NCBI GenBank assembly: GCA_964016885.1
Contig: OZ024742.1
Span: forward strand, 217,620,001 to 217,684,000
Reading direction: 5' to 3'
From: Eledone cirrhosa
Taxonomy: Eukaryota
DNA length: 64,000 nt
In this document: positions 24,800 through 36,765 of the stretch, piece by piece
Layout: the number at the start of each line of letters is the position of its first letter
How positions within the stretch are numbered: the stretch's first letter is position 1
Notes under the pieces: model-generated
What the model saw: only the letters and a program-made list of their open reading frames with translations
What the model was told of the DNA's origin: nothing
The model's database searches: none
Position numbers and translations under genes: made by a program

Positions 24800-25270
24800 T
24801 AGAAGTGGTTACACAACACTTAGTTCACCATACCGAGAACAATTGTTTCACCTTAGCGGATCCTCAGCTTGTAATGGACATGGTTATACGGAACAGGAAG
24901 GACAACCGTACGAACGCGCATGCGCAGAAACGATCACTTCACACGCAATACTAAAATGCTTGCGAGAGGTGTAAGGGAGATAACTGCGAAAGTCCGAAAA
25001 GTTTCTAGTTGATAAGAAAATTAGGATGTAATTCAATCTCGCACGCATTTTAGAATTGCCTGTGTGAAGTGATCGTTTCTGCGCATGCGCGTTCGTGGGG
25101 TTGTCCTTCCTGTTCCGTATAACCATGTCCATTACGAGCTGAGGATCCGCTAAGGTGAAACAATTGTTCTCGGTATGGTGAACTAACTGTTGTGTAACCA
25201 CTTCTACCTAACTCGTCTCATGGACTGAGTGCTCTACCACTACGGATATTACCTTCCAGTGTTCTACCAC
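24800..25270. repeat. Foldback MITE with ~165-bp near-perfect inverted arms
   Basis: Arms 24800-24967 and 25037-25206; the outer end extends to 25270 and recurs at 45412-45528; flanked by (TA)n. Confidence 0.85.
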
Positions 25271-25328
25271 TATATATATATATATTAAGCTTGTTGAATC
25301 CCAACAAATTAAATATGACCCCCCCCCC

Positions 25329-25371
<43 letters not shown>

Positions 25372-25376
<5 letters not shown>

Positions 25377-25729
25377 GCAAGTATGTATGTATGTACACGT
25401 ACATACATATATGTATACAGACGTACAGTAGTATGTATATATACACATACATGCACACATATATATATGCACGTATCGGTTTACTAATAAGCTTGAAACT
25501 AGTACATCGTTCCTGTGTCAGTGTTGAACAAAAAGGTGACGTGGTTGCCTAAACACTGAACGGCGTAATTCGGGCTGTATGTTTACAAACAAACAAACCG
25601 AGCATTATAATAAATGTTCGGTAAACCGATACGTGCATATATATATGTGTGCATGTATTTATATATATACATACTACTGTACGTCTGTATACATATATGT
25701 ATGTACGTATACATACATACTTACATTTA
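25372..25729. repeat. MITE with ~110-bp AT/AC-rich TIRs
   Basis: Arms 25372-25484 and 25621-25729; second, inverted, one-armed copy at 28336-28617. Confidence 0.8.
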
Positions 25730-25780
25730 AGTAAGTGCCGTACTAAGAGTGAGAAATGAAATTTCGTTTCATTCTATTCC

Positions 25781-25820
<40 letters not shown>

Positions 25821-26100
25821 GTGTGTATGATTGTGTATAGAAGATTATATTAATAAAAGGAATTCCAACTTTGTCTGATTTACTCGTTTTATTTACAATC
25901 CTTTAAAATTATAATAATATTATAATGAAATAGTATGGTAGAATATTAAGTGTTAAATGTTAATTGAACAAGTACTTTCATGCTTTCGCAATCTCCAGGT
26001 TCATATTCAGTGGTGACAGTCAGGTTTGCAATTTTCAACTGTAATGAGATGGCTAAAATCTGTGCCTTATATACAGTAAAAAGGGGCTACAGAATGGTAG

Positions 26101-28204
26101 TATAGCGAGGATATAGCGAGGATACTGGGTGTATGAATGTAACAAAACGAGACATGGTTTGTGTATATAATATTTAATTAACGGTAGATAGAATACTTGA
26201 CATGTCAAAGATAGATGTTAGAATGAAACAAAGTTAGTAGTTACCGTTTTGATTGCCAGGCAAACGCGGCTGGCAGAGGGCGCCTGGCTAAGGCCAGGCG
26301 CCTGTTGGCCAAATTAATGGCAGAGCCAAATGAGAAGACTCTTGACCTGGTGCCGAAAAGGCAAAAAGAGAGAGGAAGCTTAAAGTTGTTAGTTTTATAG
26401 GGCTCTGACCGGAAGTCGCAGAAAGGGTTCCACCTCCCGTCTAGATCCCAATCAAAACAAGGGAGACAACCGCTACATAACCTCCCGCCAGAATTTTAGT
26501 GTATAAAAATCGAAATGAAAATATGTAGCAAGTTGGCGAGAATGTTGTAACAGGCATGAAAATTACGACAAAAGAATGTTTGGAAAAATCAATGATAGAT
26601 ATCAAGGTAGCCAACCGCTCTTGGCCAGAGAACGACTGGACATCCATCTATCCATCACCCAAAGATACAATGTAATAAAGTAAAAGTAATAGAAGAGCTC
26701 AAAGTTCAAAATATAGTTCACAGGTGTGCAATCACATGACAGCAGGAAAGAAAGTGTGTTCCAGAGAATGAATGCAGGTGGTTTCTGTTCTGTGGTATAT
26801 CGTGAAATTTCCAACCTCCGAATGGATTTTCTCACAGGAAGAGTGCTGCAAAAATGAATTCTCTGGCTTTGGTGAAGCTGTATTGATGTATTGCTGTTGC
26901 TGCTGCTGTTGTCTCGCTGAGTGAGCGTATTCGGTGTTTAAATTCACAGTAAAAAAATTTTTTTTTAGAAAAAAATGAGTTGCGCAAAGTGCTAGAAATA
27001 GCAGCCGAAGTTGATGGTCGATGTTGAGAATGCGTTGACCTGGAAGGGTCAAGAGGCCAGCGACCAGAGAAATAAGCATTCTTAATAAATGCGCGGTTAT
27101 CAACGGTAAATTTACATTGTAAATTTATAAACCGGCAAATAGAAGAATATAGCTTAAGGCTGAAGAATCCTTGGGGGAGAAATGCTATCTCTGGCGTGCG
27201 GCTGTCTGTGAGTAGAGACATCTCAGTGAATCGAGAATTTATGCTACCTACACGTGCCAATACAAGGTTGAAAAAAAATATTTCTAACGCGCGAGAAAAT
27301 GATAGTGCAATTTTGAAAGTGACAATGATGAAAAAGAAAGGCTTCAATCAGCATAATTATAGGTGTGAACTTTGGAAAAAAACAAAAAACTTGAACGATG
27401 AAGAAAACGATGAACAAAAGGCAATGGTTCATCGAAAATAAATGTTCCTGTTGAAATGTTTTTTAAAGAATATCAAATTTCTTTTTTTTTTTTTTTGTGT
27501 TTTGAAAGAGTTCGTTGTAAGAAACGAGAAACATATATATATATCGTGAAATGTTTTTTTTTTGTTTTGAAAGTGTTCGTTGTAAGAAACGAGAAACATA
27601 TATATATATATTGGTGAAATGCGACAGTTAATTGATGCGTGAGAGAAAAAGTATGTCTGTGCGAATTCCACATGTGCGTGTGTGCTTGTCCTTGAGTATT
27701 TTCATAGTTTGTCGCTAAATTTGCTGTGTATTCGTAATGTTACTCACAAAACCAGATGTGCTATTTTTTTCTTTTTTGGGGGGGTGACCCTTATAGCGAT
27801 GAACGGCTGCGTGTTCGTATCACGTCAGGGTCACCAATATAGCGAGGATACAAGGTTGTATGCATGTAACAAAACGAGACATTGTTTGTGTATATAATAT
27901 TTAATTAACGGTAGATAGAATACTTGACATGTCAAAGATAGATGTTAGAATGAAACAAAGTTAGTAGTTACCGTTTTGATTGCCAGGCAAACGCGGCTGG
28001 CAGAGGGCGCCTGGCTAAGGCCAGGCGCCTGTTGGCCAAATTAATGGCAGAGCCAAATGAGAAGACTCTTGACCTGGTGCCGAAAAGGCAAAGAGAGAGA
28101 GGAAGCTTAAAGTTGTTAGTTTTATAGGGCTCTGACCGGAAGTCGCAGAAAGGGTTCCACCTCCCGTCTAGATCCCAATCAAAACAAGGGAGACAACCGC
28201 TACA
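26101..28204 (-). mobile_element. Complete non-autonomous LTR retroelement (TRIM-like) with tRNA-Trp PBS
   Basis: Near-identical LTRs 26101-26477 and 27838-28204; 4-bp TSD GTAG (26097-26100, 28205-28208); PBS TGGTGACCCTGACGTGAT on minus (27819-27836); PPT-like CTGGCGGGAGG at ~26481-26491(-); no gag or RT. Confidence 0.9.
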
Positions 28205-28724
28205 GTAGTTTTGCAAAATGTATTTCGAGCAATCGGTGTGTGGTTTTAACTAGATTTCTAAAGCTGACTGGTTTAGGTGTCACGGTTGGTTGAGCATGTC
28301 TAATAACTTCTATTTGACCCTATCCAAAGCATATATAAATGTAAGTATGTGTGTATACGTACATACATATATGTATACAGACGTACAGTAGCATGCATAC
28401 ATATATATAAATATATATACATATATATATATACATACAGGTACACATACATATATGCACGTATCAGTTTAGTCGACGCTTATTATAACGCCGCTTTGTT
28501 CGTTTGTAAACAAACTGAACAGCCTGAATTTTTATGCCGTACGGTGTTAAGGCAACCACGTCACCTTTTTGTTCAACACTGACACAGGAACGATGTACTA
28601 GTTTCAAGCTTGTTAGCTATCATCAGCACCGTTTACCCATCTGCCAGATAGTTGAACGTTCGAAAGTATATACTTTCCTTATGAAAATTAACGGCTGAGC
28701 AGCCTAATTTGCATAATCTGCATT

Positions 28725-31379
28725 CTCCAGAAATACCCAGATATCACTCACCCGGTATTTAAGGTGGGACCTATTAAACATAGTGTCACACATCACATCG
28801 AGACAAGAGGACCACCCACAGCTGCCCGACCAAGGAGACTGCCTCCAGACCGATTGAGAATCGCCAAACAGGAGTTTCAACACATGATGGACCTTGGAAT
28901 CATTCGCCCTTCCTCCAGCAACTGGTTTGCACCCCTACACCTTGTTCCTAAGAAAACAGAGAATGATTGGCGACCATGTGGGGATTATCGTGCACTCAAC
29001 AATTCCACAGTACCCGATAATTACCCTGTACCTCACTTGCACGACTTTTCTGCCTCTCTGCAAGGCGCACGCATCTTTTCCGAGATAGATTTGGTACGAG
29101 CATATATCCAGATACCTGTGTAGCCTGCTGATGTTCCGAAGACCTCAATCACGACACCGTTCGGTTTATTTGAATTCCTGCGAATACCGTTCGGTTTGCG
29201 CAACGCTGCACAAACTTTTCAGTGGTTTATTGACACCGTGTTACGTGATCTACCCTTTGTATACACGTATATCGACGACGTGCTAGTAGCAAGTACTTCC
29301 GAGCAAGAACACGAGAAGCACTTAGATCTTCCTTTCCAACGTTTGGCCGAGTACGGTATTATCATCAACTCCAGCAAATGTCTTCTCGGTGTTCCTTCAC
29401 TGTCCTTTCTCGGGCACATCATCGATAAAGACGGCATTCGTCCACTTCCTGAGAAAGTAGAAGCTATCCGCAATTTTCCCGCACCTACATCACTTCAGAA
29501 ACTGCGTGAATTCCTCGGTTTGGTGAATTTCTATAGGCGTTTGATTCCTCATTGTGCCGACGCCGCCAGACTCCCCACGGACCTTCTTTGCAACCGGACT
29601 CGGAAAAACGAAGACATCACTCTGAACGAGGAAGAACTAACATCTTTCAACCGCCTGAAGGAAATGTTGGCAAACGCTTCCATGCTCGTTTTCCCCAGAT
29701 CTGGCACTCCTCTTTCGCTGCTAGTGGATACATCAGACAGTTGGAGGCGTTTTACAACAATATGTCAATGGCGTTTGGCAACCCTTATCCTTCTTTTCTA
29801 AGCGGTTGCAACCCTCAGAAACCAAATACAGCACATTTGGCCGCGAACTCTTGGCAACCTACCTTTCAGTTAAACATTTTCGTCACATGCTCGAAGGATC
29901 GGATTTTGTGATCTACACGGACCATAAACCACTAGTTTATGCGTTCCGTACCAAACCTGATCGACATTCACCGAGAGAACTCCGCCACCTGGATTTTGTC
30001 TCCCAATATTCAACTGATATTCGGCATATCAAGGAATTAGACAACGTAGCAGCCGACGCCCTGTCCCGAATCCAGCTGAACGCAATACATGTACATTCAG
30101 GCATCGACCTTCAACAGATCGCAGCTGACCAAGAGACTGACGAAGAGTTTATCAAGCTCCGAGATTTTCCACCCCTCAAGTTTCAGCAAGTTCCCATTCT
30201 TTCTTCTCCGGGACAAATTTGGTGCGACCTTTCTACCGGTCATGAACGACCGTACGTACCACAGATGCATCGTCGACAAGTTTTTTTCTGCTTTACATTG
30301 CTTGTCTCACCCGGGAATCTGGGCTACACAGAAACTCATCTCTGCTCGTTTTGTGTGGACTAACATTAACAAGGTCGTGCGCGACTGGTCCAGGAGCTGC
30401 ATTGCCTGCCAGAAAGCCAAAGTCCACAGACATATCAAAACTCCACTCAGCACATTCGCGCAACCTGATGCACGCTTTTATCATGTGCATATCGACATCG
30501 TTGGACCTCTACCACCATCATAGAACTGCACACGCTTTCTCACCTGCATAGATCGATTTTCCCGTTGGTCTGAGGCTTTTCCCATAAGTGATACCTCAGC
30601 GGAAACAATCGCTAAAACTTTGGTTTTATACTGGGTATCACGTTATGGCGCCCCAGCAAAGATAACAACGGACAGAGGACGCCAATTTGACTCCCACCTC
30701 TTCAGGAAACTGACTCGCCTGATAAGATGTAAACACATCCGCACGACAGCTTATCACCAGCAAGCTAATGGTCTCGTGGAGAGATTCCATAGCCAATTGA
30801 AAGCTGCTATAAAAGCGTATCCAGACAAGACCCACTGGTTCGAATACCTGCCACTCATCCTTCTGGGCATTCGATCCACCGTTAAGGAGGAATTCGTGCA
30901 GAATTAGTGTACGGCACCACCCTGGTTCTACCTGGTCAGATGGTGCTCCCATCTCTCCTCAGGACGTTCCAGACCTAGGATCATATGTACACCATTTTCG
31001 ACAATATATGTCTCACCTTGCTCCTGTAAGCACCCGTCAACAGAACACGGCCACACATGTACCTTCAGACATTAATAATTGGACACACGTTTTCGTTCGA
31101 AACGACACCATCTCAGCTCATCTTCGAACACCATATTCTGGCCCTTACCGTGATCTAAAAAAATATCCGAAATATTTTATTCTCGAACTAGATGGTAAAC
31201 AGAATTCTGTCAGCGGGGACAGATTAAAAAAAGCCATCATGGATATTGTTACTGTCTCTACACCAGAAACTTCAACAGATTGCTGTCCCAGCAAGCCACC
31301 TGTTTCATCTCCAGTCACAAGATGTGGAGGACGTGTCCATTGGCCCACCAAGTTGGCACAATATGTGAATTACCGTTAA
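28725..31379 (+). mobile_element. Ty3/Gypsy (CsRN1-like) pol remnant: RT, RNase H, integrase; 5'-truncated with stops and frameshifts
   Basis: [90 protein letters not shown]. Confidence 0.92.
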
Positions 31380-32349
31380 CCTCAAGTGAGTTTCTTAATC
31401 ATTCTTCTTGCAAAACATTTCCATTTTCCTTGTGTTTACTATTTCCTGTTTCAAATACAATGAACTTTCTGCTTGAACAATTGCAATTTTTAGTGACCAT
31501 GTGCTCATGTCACGAAGAACATTATTTATTATGAACATTATCTATTATAAACACTATTTAAGAACAAACATTGTGTATAGCATTTTTTTTCTTCTCTCTC
31601 TTGTTTTGCAAAAAAAATTTTATTTTCCATGTTCTGCAATATTAATTGTGTAATTGCCATTATTTTTATATACATAAAAGGCGTGTACATATTCTATTTT
31701 TCATGCACACTCCACAACCACGTTTTTTTCACCTTTGGTTCATACACAGAGCAATAGATATTTTGTCCCTCTAACTCTTACACTACAAAATGTTTTCTCT
31801 TTGATCACGCATTTCACAAATCGCATCCTCAAAACACTGGCCTTCTTTTTTACGTACACATTCACTCAATAGCTCGAGAATGCCTCGCTATTTTTTACCA
31901 CATGCATTCGCTCAAGTCATATGCTTTGGAGCAAACTATTTATTTTCATACATGAAGCGATGATCTATCCAACATATACTAGTGTGGAAAGTAGACGTTA
32001 AATGAGGATGGTTAGATTTTTTAAATTTAATACCTGTATGTATAACTTTTCAGTTCCAATTACTTGTGCCAGCCGACTTTGATATGTAAACTTGGGGGTT
32101 TGGTGTGTATGATTACCCTAAACCTCGGCTCCTCACTACTACTTTCTTGTCTACTCTGAACACTCAATGATCTTGTAAAATTGCTACAATTTGCTGGTTA
32201 AACGTGGCCAGCCAAACACCAACAGAAGCTGTCTAATTTCTTAACCTCTCTGCACACATGCATTCAATCTATCTCACAAATTCCACCATATCTAAACATG
32301 ATTAAAACTAAATATTTTCTTTATAACTACTCACATCTATGAACTCTAC

Positions 32350-32990
32350 ATTTTACCAGTGAGGGACTTCATGTTTGCAACCTTCAGTCTATCTTGACAC
32401 CTGGTGAGAATCTATCTGCCTAGAGTATTCTCCTGACTAGCTGAGTGGTTTCCTGAAGTTAGTCTTGCAGATAGTCAGACCATTAGCATCATAAAACTCA
32501 AGGATCCTTGATAAATCCATATTTCTTGTACTGAATTACTAACCTTCATGGACTCCATGGAAACCATCAAAGTGTGTCCCAACATGTCCAATACAACAGC
32601 TAGCTCTGATTAAAAAGTCACTATTTTTTAGGGATGTAGCTTGTCTTAGAAACATATAAAAGTTGTTTTTCTCTTCATCAGTCAATTTTGATTGTAGTGC
32701 ATATGCAAATGTAATTATCACAGTTGATTTATCTAAGGTTAACCTAAGCTTAGTAATTCTATTACTTACCCTAGCTACTTCATTTACATTTCCTGTCCAT
32801 TTTTCTAACAAAATACCTTCTTTACCTAGCCTTAAATCATTAACAATCCAAAAGAACTTGTAGCACTGTGAGTTCTCTGGTAGAGATGCTTCTCATTCAG
32901 CTCTCTCTCTCTCTCTCTTGCACATAACATACAATTTTTTTTTTCTCAAACATCTCTGTAGTCTACCTATATTTCATTTTCCCTACATTG
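32350..32990 (-). mobile_element. RTE LINE endonuclease-region fragment
   Basis: EKWTGNVNEVARVSNRITKLRL...AYALQS...EKNNFY...GHVG motifs. Confidence 0.6.
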
Positions 32991-34103
32991 GGGTGAAAGA
33001 TCTTAAAGTTTGTTAATCAGAAAAAGCAGGAAGGATTTGGAGTGTGAGTATAGTGGTATTTATCCTCATACTCTGTGTCTGAAATGAAGAAACTTTGCGT
33101 GACCTTCCAGTCACATTTATATGGTTCATAAATATGAAGCATTTTTCTTTTCAAGTACCTTTCCTAAAAACGATTTGCATTTTTTTCTTTATGTTGATGC
33201 TTTCGCTACACACTCAGAAACACAAACACTCATGTACACGGTTTAGAATATGTACACCATATCTCAGCATCGTAGCAGACGACTAAAGGGGCTAGTGTCA
33301 GGAAAGAGACCGTGCTGTAAAACATTGCCCCAAAAATTCCATTCAACCCATGTTAGTATGGAAAAGCCTATGTGAATATGATAATGATGATGTTATAGTC
33401 CAAAGTGTGTAAAACTATTTAATATATATATATAAACAGACAAAACTCCAGGGTAACAAGACTATTTAGCCTTAAAATGAATATTAAAACTCTACTTTGG
33501 TATTGAGTACTCCTTTCTCTTAGCTATTAAACACATAGAAGAAATCGATCATTTTTGCCTACGACCTCTTAACTACATGGTCAATTAATCAATTAACACT
33601 TTTTTGATTTCTCGTCGTTTTTGCAAAAAAAAAAAACAAAAAAAAAACAACTTCGTCTGCTATCTTCATTTAATTTCAAAATTCTTTCCCCAATTCCAAC
33701 TTCTCCCCGATATTTCTATCTTTGGTATGCTTTTACAATTTTTAAATTCACAGCGGATTCACCCATGTGGAATTTCACAGAATCACACAGTTTTTGATTT
33801 TACTGCTGATTTACCCATGTGGAATATTATACAAATTCACAGCCTTTGAATTTTTACTTCTAATGTTTTTTTCTTCTCTTTGCATGTTCATTGTTCTTTC
33901 TCTTCCACTGTATTTACCTGCCTTCCATATGACCACACTCATCCCCACGCATCCATAATCCTCCCCCTCTTCTTCCCCCTTCTCCACTTTCTATTCTTCC
34001 CTCCGCTTTTAGCAATAAAAGTAAGTTTTGTTGTAATAGCAGAAAAAGAGAAGTTATTTGATGTGGTTGGATGTCGCCACGAAAGCAGATGATTTTTAAT
34101 ATA

Positions 34104-34493
34104 CGAGGGCAATCCCAAAAGTAAGGTCTCCTTCCGATATTGCAACGTTTCCGTTAAAATCCTGTGGATGGTGCTTCGGGAAACCTCAGGAACTAAAATG
34201 CAGAGAGCATCCAGAGTGATCCACCGATCTTTACGCATGTTTTCCTCGGAAGAAGACCTTACTTTTGGGATTGCCCTCTATATAACTGCGCGAAATTCGC
34301 ACTTGGCGGTAGCGTTCAACGGGAGCTCCATTCTCACCGGCTGCCAAGCCAAGGTTGAGCATCCCAGCGAAGCGCGCGCATGCTTGTTTGGGAGTGAAGG
34401 AAACACCAATCACAACAGTGTTGCCAACAGCCGTACGAACAGTTTCTCTGCGTTCCCATCGCTTTGGAGTCCTTACTTTTGGGATTACCCTCG
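34104..34493 (-). mobile_element. Internally deleted mariner with an extra internal TIR
   Basis: TA-flanked TIRs CGAGGG(C/T)AATCCCAAAAGTAAGG at both ends; third TIR at 34255-34278; transposase fragment DRWITLDAL...VSRSTIHRILTETLQYRK. Confidence 0.8.
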
Positions 34494-35149
34494 TAGTTGT
34501 TATTGGTAAGTGAGTAAGTGAAGATTATCTCAGTGAGTCGAGAGAAGCTATGTCCTATTTAAGGGAACGAAAACTGTACTCATTTGTTGTGGTGAAATGA
34601 TGTTATCTTGGGAAAAATGATTTTCCCATATCACGTCAGAAGAAATATTTTTAGTATGTGTGCAGATTCAATGGTGGCAGAAATATCAGAAGGCTGTTAA
34701 ACATTTCTACAAAGAGTTTATTTTCAACCGTACAACATTACAATAAATTGCTGCCGGCATCCTGCATGAGTAAATGAACAAAAATGAAGAAAGAGGTTGG
34801 TCCCTTGCCGATAGGGCCAAAGTTTCATTTTTAACGTTACATCTTGTTAGTATCGACACGGGAAGGTAAATAGGTCTTATCTTCACGAAGTGAATGCAGC
34901 AACTGTCGGAAGTCAAAAAAAGAAGTGTGAATTTCTTAGTTGGGCGGAAGTTGTATATTCATGAGCGACTTACACAATTGGTTAACCAGTAACCAAATCG
35001 CACATGAAAGATTGTTGTTGCGAGATACGAAGTAATGCTGCTACACGCTTTCCCCTAACTTCATTCTCACAGCCCACCTTTGTCTTCGCTCGACCCATTA
35101 GTGACCCGACGTTTTGATCGATCTATCACTGGTGATTGCCGATTAACAA

Positions 35150-36645
35150 AGTTGCCACCACTTTAACCTAATCCACCCTAGGTGGCGGAAGCATGCCTCG
35201 AACGACCAAGAGAGCTGCTTGGTGGAATGAGCATATGACAATAGGTCAGCCTTCGACCTCTCATTCTCCACGAATGAGAGGAGCTAACTTGTCTCCACCT
35301 ATCCCCCTCCTCTCCACCGCAGGCTCCGAACGGAATTAACCCTGCCACTCCTACAACTGTTAGCTCACTGCCAGCTCCACCCAACCTCCGTTCTAGTCCC
35401 ACCATTAGAACCAATGCTGCTTACCCTGCCTCTTTTACTAGTTTATTCCCTTGCTTGAATTCCAGCGCTGGCCCTCTAACGTCGGTTGTTGCAAGCTCAC
35501 TACCTGATTGTGCTCTGTGTCTGCACTAGCCGGTACCTAAAGACAATTAAATGACACCTGTGCTACCAAAACTACCACAGGAGCTGTGTCGGTATCACCA
35601 AGGCTCAAGCCGAAAGGCTTCAATACTGGACCTGTAATCAGTGCCACTTTAGCTCCGACATGCTTCGAATGTCCCACACTTCGACGACCAGCTCTCTACA
35701 GATGACTTTGCCGCAGCTCTCCAGGGTTTATCGAAATTGAAGCTCGTCAACTGGATCCCTAAGGGAGCCTTATCCAACAATACGTCTGACTGGCAGAAAC
35801 TTTTTTGTTCCCTCTCTTCACATGCACAATGCGAAATCAGGCTCCCACACGTCCTCTCTCAAGCAACAGTTCCAGCTGTTTGAATCCACCCCAACCACTT
35901 CTCACCTCGGTTTAAAATCGAGCTCGGCGCCTACCAACAGGCAACCGATAAACCTCAAGCGTACTGTTAATGATGCCGGACTCAAGCTGTTGGAGAGTCT
36001 AACTCAGTTTGTGAATCGGTTCTCTTCAGTGAATGTTCTCTCCTATATCCGCTCACTGTTCTTCGGTGCAAAATTATTCGATCTCACTAAACCCAACGAA
36101 GATCTGCGCCCAATTGCGGTTGGTTGTACCATTCACTGTCTCACTGCAAAGGTGTATTTGCTATCAGTCTCTGACTCATTGTTGGAGGAATTTTCCCTCA
36201 ACCAGCTAGGGGTGGGTACCAAGCTTGGATGTGAGGCTGCTGTCCACGCTACCAGAATCTTTACCAACTTGCCCTCTATGTCCGCCAGGGTCATCCTCAA
36301 ACTTGACATCAAGAACGTGTTCAACTCCGTCAGTCGCGATGTCGTCCTCAGTTCAGTAAGAGAGAAGGTCGCACAACTCTACCACTTTACTTGGCAAGCT
36401 TATCGGAAGCCCTCCTATCTCCTTTTTGGTAACCAAATCATCACCTCTGACTCAGGCGTCCAACAGGGCAACCCACTCGGGCCTGCTCTGTTTGCACTGG
36501 GCATTGATGACATCACCAAGATGGGGGTCAGTTGGACCTCAACGTCTGGTGTCTCAACGACACTTGTAAGGTTCTCGCCACTGCTAACAAAATGATTGAG
36601 GAGCTTGGCCGTTGGGGTCTCCAGGTCAATAGCTCCAAATGCGAA
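35150..36645 (+). mobile_element. CRE-clade non-LTR retrotransposon, N-terminal and RT part, 3'-truncated
   Basis: FFGAKL..LTKP..LRPIAVG, QLGVG..GCEAAVH, LKLDIKNVFNSV, SGVQQGNPLGPALF in ORF 35822-36595. Confidence 0.85.
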
Positions 36646-36765
36646 GGGCGGTTTTTCTGTTAGTATATATAACAGTACAGAGCTTAGCGTTGTTTTGAAA
36701 ATTAGCTTTGTTTACAAACAGCAGAAGTTCAATTTAACTATTTAGTTTTATATATATATATATAT

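Noticed and set aside
25975-26030. Possible hammerhead (CTGAATATGA...CGAAAG on minus)
   Set aside because: The core deviates from CUGANGA, stems are unconvincing and no Penelope coding sequence is adjacent
27805-27836. tRNA-Trp gene
   Set aside because: Only the 3' 32 nt including CCA are present; there is no D-arm or anticodon arm, so it is a PBS
27838-31379. LTR at 27838-28204 as the 5' LTR of the Gypsy pol starting at ~28725
   Set aside because: Its PBS lies on the left (minus orientation), it pairs with 26101-26477 inside a GTAG TSD, and the pol is on plus
14421-36645. CRE fragments at 14421-15060 and 35150-36645 as one split element
   Set aside because: The C-terminal piece lies 20 kb upstream of the RT piece, in the wrong order, with no shared TSD
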